IMG/VR virus record: IMGVR_UViG_641509434_000001
Location: 1 to 64,000 of that record
Length of the DNA stretch: 64,000 nucleotides
Direction: 5' to 3' (one strand)
From: a virus
Lineage: Duplodnaviria > Caudoviricetes
Shown here: one piece after another, positions 58,457 to 64,000 of the stretch
Layout of the letters: every line of letters begins with the position of its first letter
How positions within the stretch are numbered: position 1 is the stretch's first letter
Made by a program: the position numbers and the translations under genes
Notes under the pieces: model-generated
Databases searched by the model: none
The model's input: the letters and a program-made list of their open reading frames with translations, nothing else
Told to the model about the DNA's origin: nothing

Positions 58457-59197
58457 TTGAGTTTAGAATTAAAAACACTGGCAGATTCAAATGTCAGAAC
58501 TATGTCTATTATCTATGGACAACCAGGCACAGGTAAGACTTACACATTGTCTACATTAAAAGGTAATACTTTACTTATTGATGTCGATTATGGCACAGCA
58601 AGTCTACCTAAGAATATGCCAATTTCAGTAGTACAACCTGACTCAGTTGAGGAAGTTTTAATGTTCTTGACTAGTCGAGACTTGACAGCATTTGATAATG
58701 TCGTATTGGACAACTTGTCACAATTACAAAACATTTTCATGGCTAAGTATTCAGCACCTGAGATTCAACATTGGGGCAAATGTTCTAAATTGCTTATGCG
58801 TGTAGTTGATGCTTTAGCACGACTTACATCTAAGGGAGTAAATGTAATTGTACTTGCTCAAGAGAAGCTTATTAATGAAGACTCACCAGCTAAAATTATG
58901 TCTACTTTGAATGTCATGGACTCAGTTCGATCTTATGTACAGGCACGGTCACAAATTGTGGGGCGTACTTACTTTACTGAGTCAACTGGATATGGCATCT
59001 CATTTGCACCAACTCAACATGCAATTACTAAGTTGTCTGTATATGGAATGGGTGTAAATGAAGTTCATTCATTAGCAGAGATCTTTGACTTGCTTGAACA
59101 AAATGGTAATACACAGCCAACTGCAATTCCAGAAATTCCAGATGCTTACATTACTCCAGAAAGTGAGGCAGCTGAACTTGCTAAAACTAACAATTAG
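58457..59197 (+). CDS. AAA_24 / Sak4-like ATPase
   Basis: IYGQPGTGKT, LLIDVD.G, VVLDNLS, LAQE. Confidence 0.8.
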   Translation: MSLELKTLADSNVRTMSIIYGQPGTGKTYTLSTLKGNTLLIDVDYGTASLPKNMPISVVQPDSVEEVLMFLTSRDLTAFDNVVLDNLSQLQNIFMAKYSAPEIQHWGKCSKLLMRVVDALARLTSKGVNVIVLAQEKLINEDSPAKIMSTLNVMDSVRSYVQARSQIVGRTYFTESTGYGISFAPTQHAITKLSVYGMGVNEVHSLAEIFDLLEQNGNTQPTAIPEIPDAYITPESEAAELAKTNN

Positions 59198-60215
59198 TGA
59201 ATTGAAAGATATTTCTGGGAAACTATCAATGTTCCCAATTAATAAAATGCCAGGACTTCCACCTATCATTGCATTTCATCCAGGTGATGAACTAAGAATT
59301 ACTACAATTCTAGATGATACTGGTCGTCTTGATATTAAGTTTCCAACTATCAAAGAGTCAGTAGACAACATGGTAGGTATTGACTATGGTATCTTTACTA
59401 ATATTGCAACTGCTTTCAACTCAAATGAAACAATTGAAATTGACCGAGACTTAAAAGTTATCTCACAAAAAGGTAAAGTACTATTGTCTCAAGAATTAAA
59501 ATCAAAAGAAGCTTTAGGTTTCTATGACTTTGAAGTTAAAGCACCTGATGAAGCTATTAAAATTGAGTTCTCTGAAAAGATTAGATTAGCTATTAAAGAC
59601 TCATCTCGTCATTTACGTGACCAACCTAATTTATTATCTTGTGTCTTTATTGATGCAGATGGTAACTTCTTAAGTATATCATCAACATCATATTGGTATC
59701 GTGGAACTCTTGATTATAATACTACTTCAGCTTATACATCTTTGCTTACTAAACTTTCAATGATTGGTGATTCTTATGTCGATAATGGAGAGACAAGTAC
59801 AATTGTATGTGGTATGAATTGGCATGCAGCATGTCGTAGATATGTAGGTGAACTTCCTCATATTCCAATATCTTATACTGAGAATTTTGAACTACCAGAT
59901 AGCGAAACACTTATCTTGACTTCACTTACTTTAGGCGATGTCATTAATAAAGTATCATTACTATTTGATGATCCAAATCTTATGTTATCAACAGATTCAG
60001 TAATCTCAGTAAGTGATGAAACAACTAGCTTTGAGGTTCCAATTGAAACTCAAGGTACTATATCAAAATCTCGTAAAACAGATGTTAAAGCTTATAGTAC
60101 AATCTTTAAAGAGTCTGACTCAGACAGAATTAAACTAGTGTTCACGGATAGAGCATTAGTATATGTAAATGAAACAACTAAAACAGTGTACTTCTTTAGA
60201 CTGATGTATGCATAA
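59178..60215 (+). CDS. DnaN-like sliding clamp (divergent)
   Basis: ~345 aa with three-domain size; SS....QPNLLSCVFI resembles the beta-clamp S...RP.L.GV motif; start uncertain. Confidence 0.45.
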   Translation: MLKLTISELKDISGKLSMFPINKMPGLPPIIAFHPGDELRITTILDDTGRLDIKFPTIKESVDNMVGIDYGIFTNIATAFNSNETIEIDRDLKVISQKGKVLLSQELKSKEALGFYDFEVKAPDEAIKIEFSEKIRLAIKDSSRHLRDQPNLLSCVFIDADGNFLSISSTSYWYRGTLDYNTTSAYTSLLTKLSMIGDSYVDNGETSTIVCGMNWHAACRRYVGELPHIPISYTENFELPDSETLILTSLTLGDVINKVSLLFDDPNLMLSTDSVISVSDETTSFEVPIETQGTISKSRKTDVKAYSTIFKESDSDRIKLVFTDRALVYVNETTKTVYFFRLMYA

Positions 60216-60235
60216 ATAATAGGAGAAAAATATAA

Positions 60236-60769
60236 ATGGCAATTCTTAACTTTGTAAAACCAGGAACATTCCTTTTGGGAACTATCGTAGCTGTAACTAC
60301 TGAACAAATAACAATGAAAAAAGGTAAACCAGGCGAACGTATTGCAGAAAAACTTGTAACAACATTCGTTTCTGATGACGGTGGATCTTACACAGCAGAA
60401 CACTTCATGTCTGACTTCGATACTATTCAAGCAACTTATGCTTCAATTGGTATCAACATTGAATCAGATACAGACTCATGGCTCAATACTCGTGCTTCTC
60501 TTAAACTTGAAGACCCACGTTTTGGACGTGTCGAAATCATTGGCCCTGCGGAAGGCTCATCAATGCCTGCAGGTGGTGGATTGTCTACAGCTAATGCAGT
60601 AGTACCTCCAACACAAACTCAAGTAGCACCAGCACAACCAGTTACTCCAGTACAACCAGCAGGTCAACAACAAGTTGCACTAGTACAATCTCAAGTAGCA
60701 CCAGCTGGACCTTCTACTGAATCTCCATATCCAGAACAACAAGCAACAACTCTTCCAGGATTGGGGTAA
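60236..60769 (+). CDS. putative ssDNA-binding protein with P/Q-rich tail
   Basis: Beta-rich N-domain and low-complexity tail, in the Sak4-nuclease cluster. Confidence 0.55.
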   Translation: MAILNFVKPGTFLLGTIVAVTTEQITMKKGKPGERIAEKLVTTFVSDDGGSYTAEHFMSDFDTIQATYASIGINIESDTDSWLNTRASLKLEDPRFGRVEIIGPAEGSSMPAGGGLSTANAVVPPTQTQVAPAQPVTPVQPAGQQQVALVQSQVAPAGPSTESPYPEQQATTLPGLG

Positions 60770-60776
60770 TTAGTAA

Positions 60777-61907
60777 ATGAAACCATTCAGTGTATCAGAA
60801 GTAAATACTTACACTGCTAACCCATTCAAGCACTTCATTACATACGTAATGGGTATGTGGCCAGAACAGTCCCAAGCTGCGGCTCGGGGCACATCTGTCC
60901 ATGCATTACTAGAAAAAGTAAGTCAACGATTCACTGAAGATTCATTAGAAGTATTTAATGAAATCGCTGAAGAACTTGAATTGGATAAAAAAGCAGAAGA
61001 CTACGTAACAGTGTTACGTTATCTAAAATATTATAGTCATCCAGACACGTCAATCTTTAAGAACTTGTATTCATTACCATGGGCTAACGATTGTGTAAAA
61101 GTGGAGACAGAGTTAAAAGTTATTGTACCTATGGATGGCTTTACATTCAAAGGCTTCATTGACTTAGTAGTTCATCATGAAGATGGCTCAGTAACTTTGT
61201 ATGACTATAAAACATTGTCTAACAAACCTAGTCGAATTGATTATGAAATGGACTATCAAGGGAATATGTACACGATAGCTATGCAAAAGATGGGATATAA
61301 AGTCAGAGAATTTATCTTTGATTGTATGAACCCAAAACTTAAAATTGCATGGAATGGATATCATTTTGAACGTATTAACTTATATCCAGATCAAAACAAA
61401 TTAATGATTATGGAAAATAGTTTCCGTGACACAGTTAAAGAAATTACATCATACCCTAAGTATCACTATAATGGAGGTGGCTGGTATGATTCAAATCAAC
61501 TTGATGCATTTCATGCATTCTGTGCTGGTACTGAAGCATTCAAATCATTCTTGTTAGATCATGGTATTGATTACAACAAAGCAATCACAGCAGCAATGGA
61601 AAAAGGCTATGCTATTCCATATATCTTAGGTCCACAAGTAGCTGACTTAGTTCCAGTTTCACGTTTGTCAGACTTAGATAAAGAACAATATGCACATTCA
61701 GTTGAGAAGGTAGAAGTATCTTGGAGAGGCTCAGCTGAAAACATGCCATTTGACAGAATTGTAGCAACAGGAGCAGATTATGTTTATGCTAAAAGCTCTA
61801 AAGGAGTTATGGTGTTCACTAAAGATGGAGTTAAAGTACCATCATTAATTGAAACATTAGCTGAACTTTATGATAGACCTGATGCAATTTACCAATGCGC
61901 AATTTAA
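60777..61907 (+). CDS. PD-(D/E)XK RecB-family exonuclease
   Basis: FS.S....Y..NP, GT.VH..LE, E...GFIDLV...DYKT, Q..MY. Confidence 0.85.
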   Translation: MKPFSVSEVNTYTANPFKHFITYVMGMWPEQSQAAARGTSVHALLEKVSQRFTEDSLEVFNEIAEELELDKKAEDYVTVLRYLKYYSHPDTSIFKNLYSLPWANDCVKVETELKVIVPMDGFTFKGFIDLVVHHEDGSVTLYDYKTLSNKPSRIDYEMDYQGNMYTIAMQKMGYKVREFIFDCMNPKLKIAWNGYHFERINLYPDQNKLMIMENSFRDTVKEITSYPKYHYNGGGWYDSNQLDAFHAFCAGTEAFKSFLLDHGIDYNKAITAAMEKGYAIPYILGPQVADLVPVSRLSDLDKEQYAHSVEKVEVSWRGSAENMPFDRIVATGADYVYAKSSKGVMVFTKDGVKVPSLIETLAELYDRPDAIYQCAI

Positions 61908-61910
61908 TCT

Positions 61911-61934
61911 AAAACCTCCTTCGGGAGGTTTTTT
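61911..61934 (+). terminator. intrinsic terminator
   Basis: aaaacctcc-TTCG-ggaggtttttt. Confidence 0.9.
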
Positions 61935-61947
61935 CGGGAGAGTAGAA

Positions 61948-62226
61948 ATGATAGATAAAACACAAAGTATGAAATACACATCATATAAAAAGGATAAGCT
62001 AAAATTATCCATTCTTAAACATGGACAATTAGTCCCAATCACAGTAGACAAAGCAACCAAAAATATCATTGATGGTCAACTTCGTATGCAGATTCTTGAT
62101 GAATGTGGAATTGAACCAGTAATCAATTATATTGAAACAGACAACTGGGTTGAAGCACGTAAAGAAGTAATCTCTACACAAGGTTACAGTTATATGAATA
62201 TTGCATGGATGGAGAGCTATGAGTAA
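61948..62226 (+). CDS. stand-alone ParB/Srx-like domain
   Basis: SILKHGQLVPITVD...IIDGQLR. Confidence 0.75.
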   Translation: MIDKTQSMKYTSYKKDKLKLSILKHGQLVPITVDKATKNIIDGQLRMQILDECGIEPVINYIETDNWVEARKEVISTQGYSYMNIAWMESYE

Positions 62227-63184
62227 TAAAATTCTATTGTCAATTATTTCTGGTAAACGTCCAGACAATATGCGACTGACAGAGAAATGGTTAAAGTCTT
62301 CTGGACTTTCAGATAAGTATAGAACTATTCTATTTTCAAATAATAGTGAAGGCTATAATATTCTTGAAGGTCAAGAGCTTATTGACATTCCTCAGGACTA
62401 TCGTGATTATTTTGAAGAACAAAACAAACTTGATATGTTTGGCATGATGGCACCAATGTCTAGATCTTATTCAGATAAGTGGGCATTAGAAAATGGTTAT
62501 GATATTAATATTCAACTTGATGATAACATTGGTAATTTAGGTCTAGTTAATTGCTTTAGTAAAGAACGAGTTAACTCATCTACTAATGATCCAGAAACAT
62601 TTAAGATTATCTTTGAAGAGTTTATTGCTCGAGTGGAAGAATTAATTGCAACAGGTGTTTCTAAGGTAGGTTGTGAGTTACCATTACCACCAGTTAAGAA
62701 ACCACAAGTCAACTTCTCAACATATCCATATTCTATGTTTGCAAATAACTTACATTTGCCATTCCCAGAATATGTAGGATCAACTGAAGATGACATTACT
62801 GATAGTATCAGACGGACACAAATGGGACTACTTACAGCTAAGATTACATATATCACTTATGCAAAACCATCAGCAGTAGGTAGTAAAGACAATACAGGTT
62901 CACGTGCAGCATATGCAGCACTTGATGGACAAAAACATTCACGTGGTTGGGTTCAAGAAAAATACTTTCCAGAACTTTATTCTAGAGGATATTCTTCAGC
63001 ACCGACAGGAGCTAGTCATAAAGACTACACAGTGTTTAAACATTATCTTAAACCTCTACCATCAGTAGAAGAAGTAAGATATATAAAAGATTCAATTGAG
63101 TTAGATGAACTAATTCAAAAGGTTAGAGAATGCAGAACTAAAATCATTAAACGAGAAAGTAAGTTCGATGACTTCGTATTATAA
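62219..63184 (+). CDS. GT-A glycosyltransferase (TET-associated/GREB1-like), probable DNA modification
   Basis: ISGKRP, SR......A, QLDDNI, EDD motifs. Confidence 0.6.
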   Translation: MSNKILLSIISGKRPDNMRLTEKWLKSSGLSDKYRTILFSNNSEGYNILEGQELIDIPQDYRDYFEEQNKLDMFGMMAPMSRSYSDKWALENGYDINIQLDDNIGNLGLVNCFSKERVNSSTNDPETFKIIFEEFIARVEELIATGVSKVGCELPLPPVKKPQVNFSTYPYSMFANNLHLPFPEYVGSTEDDITDSIRRTQMGLLTAKITYITYAKPSAVGSKDNTGSRAAYAALDGQKHSRGWVQEKYFPELYSRGYSSAPTGASHKDYTVFKHYLKPLPSVEEVRYIKDSIELDELIQKVRECRTKIIKRESKFDDFVL

Positions 63185-63193
63185 GGAGAGATA

Positions 63194-63415
63194 ATGGGAG
63201 ACTTATACAAACAACAACGGGATATATTGCTTCCTCATGTGAAACAAAACTTTCCAAACTCAGTAATTGAACAAGATGACTTCTTTTCTTCTTTGATAAG
63301 TAACTATAAAGAAAAGACAGAGTTCACTGTTGGAACACCTATTGCAACTCCTGATGAAATTACATTGGGCTTAATTGAAAATATAGAAGTTGTGGAGGCA
63401 GTGCGTACATTATGA
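63194..63415 (+). CDS. hypothetical protein
   Basis: AAGGAG RBS. Confidence 0.65.
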   Translation: MGDLYKQQRDILLPHVKQNFPNSVIEQDDFFSSLISNYKEKTEFTVGTPIATPDEITLGLIENIEVVEAVRTL

Positions 63416-64000
63416 TGAAGAACTACTTAGGAGAAGATACCCCTTGGAGTGAAATTCCAATGATGGGTGCAGCAGATATTGAAACTACTGGACTTGACTA
63501 TTTCACAGAAAAGATTACATTAGTACAATATGGTACTGATGATGAACATCAACAATGGTACACAGAAGAACCTACAATAGAAGATATTAAAGAACTTAAA
63601 AAGAGAACTTTATTCTGGCATAATGGCAAGTTTGATACTAAATTCATTGCATACCACTTTGGTGTTATGTTGCCAATTCATGGTGACTCAATGGTTCTTT
63701 TACATGCATTAGGCTATTCAGATAGTCTTAGTCTTAAAGTTGCAGCAGCTAAATTACTTGGAGTTGAAAACTGGGATATTGAACATGATCTTAAGTTGAG
63801 TAAAGGACCAGACGAAGAAGCTTCTAAACTTAAGTTCTTTGAATATGGGCTTAAAGATGTTAAGTATACTTATGCATTGATGCGTTTACTTCTTACTGGT
63901 GTCAACAGTCAGAGTGATGATCCAGAAGATAGCAAGAACTTCAATACTATTGATGACTTGCAATATAATGTCTACAACAATGAATTGAAAGCATATTCTG
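63412..64000 (+). CDS. DNA polymerase (family A), N-terminal 3'-5' exonuclease domain, partial
   Basis: ADIETTGLD, WHNGKFD, DSM...LSLK, YGLKDV; open to the window end. Confidence 0.85.
   Translation, partial: MMKNYLGEDTPWSEIPMMGAADIETTGLDYFTEKITLVQYGTDDEHQQWYTEEPTIEDIKELKKRTLFWHNGKFDTKFIAYHFGVMLPIHGDSMVLLHALGYSDSLSLKVAAAKLLGVENWDIEHDLKLSKGPDEEASKLKFFEYGLKDVKYTYALMRLLLTGVNSQSDDPEDSKNFNTIDDLQYNVYNNELKAYS

Noticed and set aside
1919-62856. All minus-strand and nested alternate-frame ORFs in the track
   Set aside because: They are shadows of + strand genes: no RBS, no motifs, and antisense-typical composition.

Overview
This is a 64-kb segment of a lytic dsDNA phage genome. It is AT-rich, every credible gene is on the + strand, and ribosome-binding sites are AAGGAG-type. 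The host is most likely Lactococcus, because the genome carries TP901-1/Tuc2009-type BppU/BppL genes. Layout: early small genes, NAD-type ligase and T7-family RNA polymerase 1; MoxR ATPase and vWA metallopeptidase; a second, divergent single-subunit RNA polymerase; phi29-type morphogenesis genes (packaging ATPase, connector, major capsid plus a paralog, lower collar, tail); tail spike and a duplicated BppU/BppL cassette; lysis genes; and replication/DNA-modification genes ending in a PolA-type polymerase that runs off the window. The architecture recalls KSY1-type lactococcal podophages (inference, no search run). Most notable observations: (1) five otherwise unrelated virion-module proteins share a ~20-aa leader (D-Y-x-V-D-I box ending in small-R-[EQM]-G-[GAS]), and the same R-x-G motif recurs in about six more, suggesting an undescribed targeting and proteolytic-processing system; (2) two RNA polymerases occur with three distinct repeated cis-element families: a covarying 45-nt structured RNA (x4), a 27-bp T7-like promoter (x7) and a 52-bp orientation-independent element (x4); (3) one protein appears to contain two tandem PolB-like palm motif sets; (4) a 4-kb receptor-binding cassette is flanked by 50-bp direct repeats. 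Several single-base lesions may be sequencing errors. All protein calls come from motif recognition by eye, not from database searches.
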